Positions 9,102 through 18,315 of a stretch of 64,000 nt of DNA are shown here, piece by piece (within the stretch, counting starts at the first letter, position 1; each line of letters starts with the position of its first letter). A model generated the notes under the pieces. That model had not been told where the DNA came from. It made no database searches and was given only the letters and a program-made list of their open reading frames with translations. This DNA is from Candidatus Omnitrophota bacterium. GTDB taxonomy: Bacteria; Omnitrophota; Gorgyraeia; Zapsychrales; Zapsychraceae. Where the stretch lies: the NCBI GenBank assembly GCA_029261065.1, contig JAJDCB010000029.1:15448-79447 (forward strand), read 5' to 3'. Position numbers and translations under genes: made by a program.

Positions 9102-10571
9102 ATGGATCCGTGGAAAAGTATTTCAGGTTTGTCTCAAGAAGAATGTCGAGCTTCTCAAAGTAAAAAATTACACACCTTTTTAAATCAATATATCTATCCT
9201 TTTAGCCCGCATTACAGAGCACTTTTTGATAAGCATAAAATTAATCCTAAGAAAATTAAAACCATCTCAGATTTAAAGCATATTCCCTTTACATCAAAAG
9301 CAGATTTTGTGGAATCGGATCCAAAAGACTTTGTCTTGCAACCGGATGCCGATAAGATAAAAAAAGCTTGGCCGCTTCCGAAGATATCCCAAATGGCTTT
9401 CCAGAAAATATTTCGTGGTGAGAAATACTTGCAGCATAATCTTTCAAAAGAATTTCGCCCTGTCTTTATGACATTTACAACAGGGACAACGAATAAGCCC
9501 GTGCCATTTTTTTACAGCAACTATGATATTAAAAATTTAGAAACCTCCGGTGCTCGTTTGTTGGGTCTGTTTGATGTGGATCAAAATCAAAAATTCGTTA
9601 ACATGTTTCCCTATGCGCCACATTTGGCTTTTTGGCAAGTTGTTTTAGGTGGGTTTGCTTCTTGTAATTTGATACTCAGTACAGGTGGGGGGAAGGTTAT
9701 GGGGACAGATGGTAATATTGCGGCCATTGAAAAGATGCGACCGACACTTATTTTGGGTGTTCCAAGTTATGTCTATCATGTGCTGCGAACAGCGAAAGAG
9801 CGTGGCATTAACATGGATTATATGAAAAAGATTGTATTAGGGGCTTCAAAGGTAACAACAGCATTTAAGATAAAGCTTGCGCAATTATTAGAGTCTATGG
9901 GAGCGCGTGATGTGTCTGTATTTGGAACTTACGGATTTACAGAGTCGCGAGCAGCATGGGGCGAATGCCCGACAGCGTTAGACATCTCAAGTGGATACCA
10001 TCTTTATTCAGATAAAGAAATTTTTGAGGTTATTGATCCAAAGACAGGGGAAGTTAAAGGAGAAGGTGAAGATGGTGAGTTGGTATATACCTCCCTTGAT
10101 TCGCGCGCGAGCAGTGTTATACGTTATCGCACGGGTGATTTTGTAAAGGGCGGCATTGTTTTTGGTGAATGTCCGCATTGCAAACGTATTACTCTTCGTA
10201 TCTCAAGTGACATTACACGGCTTTCCGATGTGAAAGGTTTAAATCTTTCAAAGGTTAAAGGGTCTTTAGTCAATCTTGGAAATTTTGCAGCGATTTTTTC
10301 TGAACTTGATTTAATTGAAGAATGGCAAATTGAATTGCGTAAAAAAAATAATGATGCTTTTGATATGGATGAGTTAGTTATGTATGTGTGTGCGAAGGAT
10401 AATTGTGTGGAAGAGGAGTTAAGAAACGAAATTGTTAAAGTTATGTCATTAGCAACGGAGGTGTCTCCTAATGAAATTATTTTTGTATCAATGAAAGAGA
10501 TGGTGGCTCGTTTGGAGATTGAAACCGCAAATAAAGAAAAAAGGATTATCGATAATAGGCCAAAGGCTTAG
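9102..10571 (+). CDS. adenylate-forming enzyme, PaaK/F390-synthetase-like acyl-CoA ligase
   Basis: TTGTTNKP matches the PaaK-family P-loop-like motif (SSGTTGKP). About 490 aa. First gene of a beta-oxidation block. Confidence 0.5.
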   Translation: MDPWKSISGLSQEECRASQSKKLHTFLNQYIYPFSPHYRALFDKHKINPKKIKTISDLKHIPFTSKADFVESDPKDFVLQPDADKIKKAWPLPKISQMAFQKIFRGEKYLQHNLSKEFRPVFMTFTTGTTNKPVPFFYSNYDIKNLETSGARLLGLFDVDQNQKFVNMFPYAPHLAFWQVVLGGFASCNLILSTGGGKVMGTDGNIAAIEKMRPTLILGVPSYVYHVLRTAKERGINMDYMKKIVLGASKVTTAFKIKLAQLLESMGARDVSVFGTYGFTESRAAWGECPTALDISSGYHLYSDKEIFEVIDPKTGEVKGEGEDGELVYTSLDSRASSVIRYRTGDFVKGGIVFGECPHCKRITLRISSDITRLSDVKGLNLSKVKGSLVNLGNFAAIFSELDLIEEWQIELRKKNNDAFDMDELVMYVCAKDNCVEEELRNEIVKVMSLATEVSPNEIIFVSMKEMVARLEIETANKEKRIIDNRPKA

Positions 10572-10585
10572 AAGAGGATCACACT

Positions 10586-11872
10586 ATGGAAAAAATAGTT
10601 GTCGTTAATGGAATTCGCACGCCGTTTTGTAAGATGGGAACAGATTTTAATAATCTTTCGGCCCAAGAGTTAGGACGCATTGCCTTAAGAGAGTTGATTG
10701 AACGAACCCCTTTTGAATTGTCTGAATTAGATGAAGTAATCATCGGCTGTGTAGGACAGCCAGCTGATGCTGCTAATTTGGCTCGCGTTGTGGCCCTTTT
10801 AGCAGGGATACCAAACGAAATTCCTGCTTTTACTGTTCATCGTAATTGTGCCTCGGGTATTGAAGCTGCCGTTCAAGCTGCGATAAAAATTAGAGCGAAT
10901 GAGGGGACTTGTTATTATGTCGGTGGAACAGAGTCGATGTCGAACATTCCTTTTTATTTAAAGAAATCTCTGCAAGATCAATTGGCTCTCCTTCAACGGG
11001 CCAAGACAATGGGGCAGCGTCTTAAAATTATGGTGCCTTTTTTTAAGAGATATTTAAATCCGATGGCTTCATTAGAAATTGGTTTGAAACTTGGGTTAAC
11101 TGATCCTGTCTGTGGATTAAATATGGGCCAGACGGCAGAGGTCTTAGCTAAAGAATTTGGAATTACAAGAGAAGAACAGGATGATTTTGCCCTTTTAAGT
11201 CATCAAAGAGCGATTGAGGGACGTGAAGTTTTAAAAGAAGAAATTGTCCCTGTGATTCCTGCTCCCAAATTTAAAAAAGGTGTTGAGTTTGATAATGGAC
11301 CACGTGAAGGACAATCAATGGAAGCGTTACAAAAGTTGCGCCCCTTTTTTGATAGACGCAGTGGGTCGGTGACAGCCGGAAATTCAAGTCAAATTACAGA
11401 TGGTGCAGCGATGTTATTAATCATGACAGAATCCAAGGCGCGCGATCTTAATTTGGAAATTCTTGGAACGATTAAGGAGTTTGCCTTCTCAGGGGTAGAA
11501 CCCAATCGTATGGGCATAGGTCCAGCCCATGCCATTCCAAAAGTTCTAAAAAAAGCTAATATGAAATTATCGGATATTGAAGCTGTCGAAATCAACGAAG
11601 CCTTTGCCGCTCAAGTTCTCGCTTGTCTGCGCGCCCTTGAATCTGATCAATTTACAAAAGATTTTGGTTGCGAGGGATACACAGGTGTCATTGATCCATC
11701 TATTTTAAATGTCAATGGTGGCGCGATTGCATTAGGACATCCCGTTGGAACAACAGGAGCGCGATTGATTTTAACAATGTTGAAACATTTAGAACGTAAA
11801 AATCTTAACACCGGTTTAGTATCGTTGTGTATTGGTGGCGGTCAAGGGGCTGCTGTCATTCTTGAGCGTTAG
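10586..11872 (+). CDS. fadA: acetyl-CoA C-acyltransferase (thiolase)
   Basis: Thiolase signatures: NRNCASGIEA (active-site Cys) and C-terminal CIGGGQGAAVILE. Confidence 0.85.
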   Translation: MEKIVVVNGIRTPFCKMGTDFNNLSAQELGRIALRELIERTPFELSELDEVIIGCVGQPADAANLARVVALLAGIPNEIPAFTVHRNCASGIEAAVQAAIKIRANEGTCYYVGGTESMSNIPFYLKKSLQDQLALLQRAKTMGQRLKIMVPFFKRYLNPMASLEIGLKLGLTDPVCGLNMGQTAEVLAKEFGITREEQDDFALLSHQRAIEGREVLKEEIVPVIPAPKFKKGVEFDNGPREGQSMEALQKLRPFFDRRSGSVTAGNSSQITDGAAMLLIMTESKARDLNLEILGTIKEFAFSGVEPNRMGIGPAHAIPKVLKKANMKLSDIEAVEINEAFAAQVLACLRALESDQFTKDFGCEGYTGVIDPSILNVNGGAIALGHPVGTTGARLILTMLKHLERKNLNTGLVSLCIGGGQGAAVILER

Positions 11873-11887
11873 GGTAAGAATAACCAA

Positions 11888-12083
11888 GGTACAAGATACA
11901 AGAAATCCCACCTATGGGTGGGATCCCGCTTTTAGCGGGGCAAAAAAGAGACAATAACCAATAAACAAAAATAAAATGTTTGGTTATTTAATTATTGGGT
12001 TTTGATTATTTTTTGCCCGGCATCTAGAGATGCCGAGGTCCCGCCAACGGCGGGATATCTTGTAACTTGTTTCTTGTATCTTT
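11888..12083. repeat. structured intergenic element: imperfect inverted repeats flanking four GC-rich hairpins
   Basis: Outer arms ggtacaagatacaagaaatccc and gggatatcttgtaacttgtttcttgtatcttt are mutual reverse complements (imperfect). Inner hairpins: cccacc-tatg-ggtggg, cccgc-tttta-gcggg, cggcatc-taga-gatgccg, cccgcc-aac-ggcggg. Confidence 0.4.
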
Positions 12084-12117
12084 GTTAAACTATTAAAAGT
12101 ATAAAAAGGATTCGATT

Positions 12118-14253
12118 ATGGGTTTAACGTATAACGAGAAAAATAATGTTGGTGTTATTGTTTTTGATCATGACGATTCAAAGGTGAATATACTTAGTTC
12201 AGATGTGATTAAACAGTTATCAGCTGCACTTGATCAGTTAAAGGATAGAGAAGATCTTACGGCGTTGTTAATTGTGAGTATGAAAAAAGATGTTTTTATT
12301 GCTGGGGCAGATATTAAAGAAATTGAAAAGATTGTGGAGCCGGATGATGGTGCAAAGAAAGCCAAGGCCGGACAAGATGTCTTAAACAAAATTGAAGAAT
12401 TACATTTTCCAACGATTGCAGTGATCGACGGTGTTGCTTTAGGGGGCGGCTGTGAGTTAGCCTTAGCGTGTGATTATCGCTTGGCCACATTTAATCCAAA
12501 AGTGCGTATTGGTTTGCCGGAAGTTAACCTTGGTTTTATTCCTGGTTTTGGTGGGACGTATCGATTACCGCGCATTGTTGGATTGCAAGAAGCGCTAAAG
12601 ATGATTTTAGCTGGTCGTCCCATTGACGGTGCTAAAGCGTTAAAGATTGGATTATTTGATAAAATTGTTACCCAAAAAGGATTGGATCAGCATATTGAAG
12701 AGTTTGTAAAAGATATCACAGAGGGGAAGTTAAAAAAATCAAAATATGAACGACGCAAAAAGAAAAAAGGGTTTCCCGGGTTTTTAGATCATAACCCCAT
12801 AGGTAATAGGATCGTTTTTGATCAATCCCGAAAAAATGTCTTAAAGCTAACGAAAGGCTTTTATCCAGCCCCCTTAAAAGCTGTTGATGTTGTTGCCTCT
12901 AATTTTTATATGGATCGTAAACGTGGACTTGCCTTAGAGGCTCGTGGGTTTGGCGAGTTGGCTGTTACGGACATTTCAAAAAATTTGGTTTACATTTTTT
13001 ATTTATCCGAAAAATATCGTAAACTTTCCATTAAGGGAACAGAGTCTATCAAACCAGCTAACATTACGAAATGTGGCGTTCTTGGGGCCGGTGTTATGGG
13101 GGGCGGAATAGCGCAGTTATTAAGTTCAAAAGGAATATGGACACGTATGAAAGATATTAGTCTTGATGCGATTGCAAAAGGTTTTCAGGCCGCTGGAAAA
13201 GTTTATACTCAAGCTGTGAAAAAAAGAAAATTGACTAAGGCGGTTGCTGCCGAACGAATGGCCCATATAACAGGCTCTCTTGATTACTCTGGGTTTGCAA
13301 ATGCTGATTATGTGATTGAAGCTGTTGTGGAGAATATGGATATTAAAAAAAGTGTTTTTAAGGAGTTAAGTGAGAAGTGTTCAGAGCATACGATACTTGC
13401 GAGTAATACCTCCGCATTAAGTGTTACCGAAATGTCTTTAGAAGTTAAAGACCCCTCCAAGGTCATTGGATTTCATTTTTTTAATCCCGTGCATCGTATG
13501 CCGTTAGTTGAAATTATTACAACAGCTCAAACATCCAATGAAACTTTGGTGACTAGTTTAGCTTTAGTGAAACGGTTGGGTAAAACGCCTATTGTTGTTA
13601 AAGATTCCCCTGGATTTATTGTTAATCGTATTTTGTTAGGTTATATCTGCGAAGCTGGACACATTTTAGAGGAGACAGGAGAGTTAGAAGAGGTGGACCT
13701 TGTTATGACAGATTTTGGTATGCCCATGGGGCCTTTTCTTCTTTCAGATGAGGTTGGTTTAGATGTAGGGCTTAAGGTTATGCATATTTTGGAAGAAAGT
13801 TTTGGTAAGCGTTTTAAAGCAGCTTCAATATTTGAGAAGATTTTGGAGACTGGTAAATTGGGAAAAAAATCTGGTAAGGGGTTTTATGATCACACCATAA
13901 AAGATCGACAGGTTAATACAGAGGTTTGGGATTTAATGGATTCACAGTTCACAAGATTGGATAAGCAGGAGTGTTTGGATCGTTTGGTACTAACTATGAT
14001 TAATGAGGCAGCTAAGTGTCTTGAAGAAAAGATTGTCGAAGATCCTGGTGCTATCGATGTAGGTATGATTTTTGGGACAGGCTTTCCTCCTTTTAAGGGT
14101 GGCTTACTTAAATATGCCGATTCCTTAGGAATTGCGCATGTTGTAGATCAATTAGAGAAACTTCAAAAAGAATTAGAGGCTGAACGTTTTGCTCCTTGCC
14201 AATATCTTCTTAATTTAAAAAATCAAAATAAGACTTTTTTTGCAAAAGATTAA
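12118..14253 (+). CDS. fadB: fatty-acid oxidation complex alpha subunit (enoyl-CoA hydratase / 3-hydroxyacyl-CoA dehydrogenase)
   Basis: N-terminal crotonase fold (AGADIKE, DGVALGGGCELALACD). Central NAD-binding GVLGAGVMGGGIA. 711 aa. Confidence 0.85.
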   Translation: MGLTYNEKNNVGVIVFDHDDSKVNILSSDVIKQLSAALDQLKDREDLTALLIVSMKKDVFIAGADIKEIEKIVEPDDGAKKAKAGQDVLNKIEELHFPTIAVIDGVALGGGCELALACDYRLATFNPKVRIGLPEVNLGFIPGFGGTYRLPRIVGLQEALKMILAGRPIDGAKALKIGLFDKIVTQKGLDQHIEEFVKDITEGKLKKSKYERRKKKKGFPGFLDHNPIGNRIVFDQSRKNVLKLTKGFYPAPLKAVDVVASNFYMDRKRGLALEARGFGELAVTDISKNLVYIFYLSEKYRKLSIKGTESIKPANITKCGVLGAGVMGGGIAQLLSSKGIWTRMKDISLDAIAKGFQAAGKVYTQAVKKRKLTKAVAAERMAHITGSLDYSGFANADYVIEAVVENMDIKKSVFKELSEKCSEHTILASNTSALSVTEMSLEVKDPSKVIGFHFFNPVHRMPLVEIITTAQTSNETLVTSLALVKRLGKTPIVVKDSPGFIVNRILLGYICEAGHILEETGELEEVDLVMTDFGMPMGPFLLSDEVGLDVGLKVMHILEESFGKRFKAASIFEKILETGKLGKKSGKGFYDHTIKDRQVNTEVWDLMDSQFTRLDKQECLDRLVLTMINEAAKCLEEKIVEDPGAIDVGMIFGTGFPPFKGGLLKYADSLGIAHVVDQLEKLQKELEAERFAPCQYLLNLKNQNKTFFAKD

Positions 14254-14332
14254 ATATTACAAAAATTTGCAAAAATGATGAATTGTATTAGAATATTGTA
14301 ATCAAAAAATTATGAATAAGGAATCTTTCTAA

Positions 14333-14914
14333 ATGGGAATATCAAAACATAAACGTTTAACTCTGCTTTATTATCTTGTGACTTCTTTGGCTGTGCTTGT
14401 TTCTGCCTTGACGATTTATATGCATATCACAAAAGATGATGAGGATTATTCCGTTTTTGTTAATGAGGATGTTGGTGTAAGTATTAAATATCCAACAGAT
14501 TGGGATATTCAAGAATATATTCAAAATACAGTTGTTACTTTTATTTCACCTTATGATAGTGAAATTGATACTGTTTTAGAAAATTGTAATGTTGTTGTAG
14601 AACCTATACCACCAAGAACGACGAACTTAGATGAATATACCGAGCTGATTAAAAATCAAATGAATTCTGTGTTTAAGCATTATATTGAAGTAAAAGAATC
14701 TAAAAGTATCCGCTTTGGAGGGCGCCGTGGTCATCGTTATATATATGCAGGCCGGTCACCTGAAGAAGGGGCCCAACAATATCAGTATATTCTTAACTGG
14801 ACCGTTTATGATGGGCTAGGTTATCAATTCACATGTGTTACTATCGAAGAAGATTTTCCTCTTTTCGAGAGAACATTTAATTCCATGCGAAAGTCGTTTA
14901 AAATTTTAAAATAA
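14333..14914 (+). CDS. hypothetical membrane-anchored protein
   Basis: N-terminal signal-anchor helix, then a soluble domain with no recognisable motif. Confidence 0.3.
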   Translation: MGISKHKRLTLLYYLVTSLAVLVSALTIYMHITKDDEDYSVFVNEDVGVSIKYPTDWDIQEYIQNTVVTFISPYDSEIDTVLENCNVVVEPIPPRTTNLDEYTELIKNQMNSVFKHYIEVKESKSIRFGGRRGHRYIYAGRSPEEGAQQYQYILNWTVYDGLGYQFTCVTIEEDFPLFERTFNSMRKSFKILK

Positions 14915-15967
14915 ATGGTTAGTTTTACTCAAAATATAGATAAACCATCCGAGATACCTTTGTGCCCAGTGTTTGGTGAGTGTGGGGGGTGTAAGTATCA
15001 GGATGTTTTGTACGAAGAAGAGTTGAAAATTAAAGAAACTCAACTTAAAGAGCTATTTAAATCTGATTTCGCTTGTGATGAAAAATTATTTGAACCTATC
15101 GTTGGATCGGTTGATCATTATTGGTATCGTAATCGTTTAGATTTAAAGCTTATTAAAACAAAGGATGATCGTGTATTGATAGGTTTTACACCTTTGTCTG
15201 GACGAGGAATTATCCCTGTAGACGCCTGTCCTATTGCAATGAAACCTATCAGTGAATTTATTCCTGAATTAAAGGTTGAGGCAATTAAGAAATTGGGTCT
15301 TAAATATCGAAGAGCTAATTTAGTCGTAAGGACTGGCGAAGAATTAAAGGTTCGTTGGGGTGGTGTGGGGCGGCGCTCTTGTCAGCTATCCGAAGATGAA
15401 TATTTTTATATAAAAATTAATAATCGGAAAATCTTTTATTCTTTAGATACTTTTTTTCAAGCCAACCTTTCCATTCTTCCTAAATTATTTGAATACTTAA
15501 AAACGCTTCCCTTTATATCAAAGGAGTCGATATTTTTTGATCTTTATGGTGGAGTAGGTTTGTTTTCCGTTGGATTATATGATTTTTTTCAACATGTTGT
15601 CCTCATAGAAGATAGTTCGCAATCGGTAACTCTGGCTAATTATAATAAAACTTACCATCAACTTAATAATTTGACGATTATTGAAGGTCGGGTGGAGGAT
15701 GTATTAAGCCGGCAATTAGACAAATGCTCTCATAATTCATTAGTTGCGATGATTGATCCTCCACGTGCTGGCTTATCAAAAGAGGCAAAGAGTGTTTTAA
15801 CAGAAAAAAAAGCGTTTAAACATTTGCTATATCTATCATGCAATCCTGAGTCATTGGTTCGTGATTTAAAAGAGTTGGGTGAGGCGGGTTGGGCAATGAA
15901 GAAGATTATTCCTTTTGATTTTTTTCCGCGAACGAAACATCTAGAAACGTTGGTTATCTTAGAGTAG
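14915..15967 (+). CDS. RNA (uracil-C5)-methyltransferase, RlmD/RumA/TrmA family (no TRAM domain)
   Basis: N-terminal Fe-S Cys cluster CPVFGECGGCKYQD. SAM motif I DLYGGVGLF. Motif IV region IDPPRAGL. Confidence 0.55.
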   Translation: MVSFTQNIDKPSEIPLCPVFGECGGCKYQDVLYEEELKIKETQLKELFKSDFACDEKLFEPIVGSVDHYWYRNRLDLKLIKTKDDRVLIGFTPLSGRGIIPVDACPIAMKPISEFIPELKVEAIKKLGLKYRRANLVVRTGEELKVRWGGVGRRSCQLSEDEYFYIKINNRKIFYSLDTFFQANLSILPKLFEYLKTLPFISKESIFFDLYGGVGLFSVGLYDFFQHVVLIEDSSQSVTLANYNKTYHQLNNLTIIEGRVEDVLSRQLDKCSHNSLVAMIDPPRAGLSKEAKSVLTEKKAFKHLLYLSCNPESLVRDLKELGEAGWAMKKIIPFDFFPRTKHLETLVILE

Positions 15968-15973
15968 GTTTAT

Positions 15974-16261
15974 ATGAAAGAGGAAAAAATTCCTTATGAT
16001 AAACAAATTTTTGTTTGCACGCATGATTTAAAAGGTGAGAAACCGAGCTGTGGTGACCACCAAGGCGCTGCGATATTCAAAGAATTAAGGCGCGTGGCTA
16101 AGGAGAAAGGATTGCATCCTAGGATACGTGTTGCGCAAGCCACATGCCTTGGGCAATGTGATAGTGGTACCTCTATTATGGTCTATCCCGATGACATTTG
16201 GTTTAAAAACGTTCAATTAAAGGATGTGGATGAGCTTATTAAAAAATTTTTTCCTGAGTGA
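15974..16261 (+). CDS. thioredoxin-like [2Fe-2S] ferredoxin
   Basis: Four Cys in a CX8C...CX3C arrangement (CTHDLKGEKPSC...CLGQCDSG), typical of NuoE-like 2Fe-2S ferredoxins. Confidence 0.45.
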   Translation: MKEEKIPYDKQIFVCTHDLKGEKPSCGDHQGAAIFKELRRVAKEKGLHPRIRVAQATCLGQCDSGTSIMVYPDDIWFKNVQLKDVDELIKKFFPE

Positions 16262-16394
16262 AATGTTCCTCGTCAGATTATCCTTCATTTGCCCCTTCCT
16301 AAAGTTATAAAATAATCCATTTGTTGATTCTAAAAGTATATATTCTGTAATAAAATACTATCATTATTAATATCTCTCACAAGGAGAAAGACTT

Positions 16395-18236
16395 ATGAGC
16401 ATGTATGACAAAAATATCAGTAAAGAAAAATTAGCATCGTTAGAATTTGCAGAAGAACAACGCCAAGCCGAATGGACCCATCCTAGCTTTGCTTTACAGT
16501 TATTTCATGGAAATCCGGATTGGTCTTTAATACATCCATTTCCCAGACAATCGGAGGCTGAGAAAAAAGAGGGTGATGAATTATTAAAAAAATTTGAAGA
16601 TTTCTTGCGCCAAAATTTAGATCCTAATGAGGTGGATAAGACAGGGATTATTCCAGAACATGTGATGAAGGGGCTTGGAGAGTTGGGTGGTTTTGCTATT
16701 AAGATTCCAAAAGAATACGGAGGTTTAGGTCAGGGGCAGACAAATTATAATCGTATCATGCATTTGGTATCTAGTTATTGTGGTTCAACGGCCGTGTTAA
16801 TGAGTGCTCATCAAAGTATTGGAGTTCCTCAACCTTTAAAATTGTTTGGGACAGATGAACAAAAGAAAAAATATTTTCCTATGTTTGCTAAGGGTGCTGT
16901 TTCTGCTTTTGCTCTCACAGAACCTACGGCAGGTTCTGATCCAAGACAGATGTTAACAACCGCAACTCCTATTGAGGATGGAAAGTTTTTTCTTATCAAT
17001 GGAGAAAAATTGTGGTGTACTAATGGTCCAGCGGCTGATGTTATTGTTGTTATGGCGGTAACACCTCCGAAGATTAAAAAGGGCAAAGAGATTAAGCAAA
17101 TTACGGCGTTTATAGTTGACACCAACTCTCCAGGTTTTGAAGTGGTTCAACGTTGTAGATTTATGGGGTTAAATGGTATTCAAAATGGTTTGTTACGTTT
17201 TAAAGATTTAAAAGTTCCACGTGAAAATATAATTTTAGGTGAGGGAGAAGGTTTAAAGTTAGCTTTAACAACACTAAACACAGGGCGATTAACATTGCCT
17301 GCGGCATCCGTTGGGATTAGTAAATGGTGTTTGTATGTATCGCGTGAGTGGTCATCGCAAAGAAAGCAATGGGGGGCGAATATTGGTGAACATGAAAGTG
17401 TTGCTTTGAAGTTAGGTTATATGGCGAGTCATACCTTTGCTATGGATGCGATGACATGGATCACCGCTGCGATGGCTGATGATAAATCCAAAGATATTCG
17501 TATTGAAGCTGCGATTGCAAAATATTTTTGCACCTTTCATGCATGGATCATTGTTGATGAAACCCTTCAAATCAGAGGGGGCCAAGGTTATGAAACGCAT
17601 GATTCTTTAAAATCGCGCGGCATGGAAAGTTGGCCGGTAGAGCGCGTTTTAAGGGATGTTCGTATCAATTTAATTATTGAAGGAACAACAGAAATTATGC
17701 ATCTGTTTATTGCGCGAGAAGCGTTGGATCCTTATTTAAGTAAAGTTATTCCTTTAATGAGTCCGAAAACAAATATCTTTAAGAAATTGGGAATTGTCTT
17801 TGGAATGGGCTTAGGTTATTTTAAGTTATGGTTACCTAATTTAACGCAAGTCGATGAGATCGATGAAACCTTAACAGAACATATGGTCTATGTGCAGGAT
17901 GTCAGTAAACGTTTAGGTCGAGAAATTTTCCACAATATGACACGTTATCAAAAGAAACTCGAATCTCATCAAGCGATCCTAAATCGTATTGTTGATATTG
18001 GAACTGAGTTATTTGCGATGGCGACAACCTGCTCGTATGCCGATATGCTTATGAAAGAGGATAAGGATAAAGAAGGCGCTCTTGAACTTGCTGATCTTTT
18101 TTGTAAAGCAGCAAGAAAACGCATTGATGCAGCCTTTGATGAAAATTCTAATAATTTTGATAAAGAAAGTATTGCCGTTTCAAAACAAGTTTTGTCTGGA
18201 AAATTGAAGTGGATGGAAACAGAAATAATGACATAA
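16395..18236 (+). CDS. acyl-CoA dehydrogenase (long-chain type, about 610 aa)
   Basis: ACAD N, middle and C domains (YGGLGQ, FALTEPTAGSDP, TNGPAADV, IRGGQGY) plus a C-terminal extension. Confidence 0.8.
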   Translation: MSMYDKNISKEKLASLEFAEEQRQAEWTHPSFALQLFHGNPDWSLIHPFPRQSEAEKKEGDELLKKFEDFLRQNLDPNEVDKTGIIPEHVMKGLGELGGFAIKIPKEYGGLGQGQTNYNRIMHLVSSYCGSTAVLMSAHQSIGVPQPLKLFGTDEQKKKYFPMFAKGAVSAFALTEPTAGSDPRQMLTTATPIEDGKFFLINGEKLWCTNGPAADVIVVMAVTPPKIKKGKEIKQITAFIVDTNSPGFEVVQRCRFMGLNGIQNGLLRFKDLKVPRENIILGEGEGLKLALTTLNTGRLTLPAASVGISKWCLYVSREWSSQRKQWGANIGEHESVALKLGYMASHTFAMDAMTWITAAMADDKSKDIRIEAAIAKYFCTFHAWIIVDETLQIRGGQGYETHDSLKSRGMESWPVERVLRDVRINLIIEGTTEIMHLFIAREALDPYLSKVIPLMSPKTNIFKKLGIVFGMGLGYFKLWLPNLTQVDEIDETLTEHMVYVQDVSKRLGREIFHNMTRYQKKLESHQAILNRIVDIGTELFAMATTCSYADMLMKEDKDKEGALELADLFCKAARKRIDAAFDENSNNFDKESIAVSKQVLSGKLKWMETEIMT

Positions 18237-18315
18237 TTTTCACCCGGCGTCTTTTTGACGTTGAGGTGTTATCTCTGCCTTTTTAGCGGCGGTGAGTTAT
18301 AAGGCTTTAGTGACC

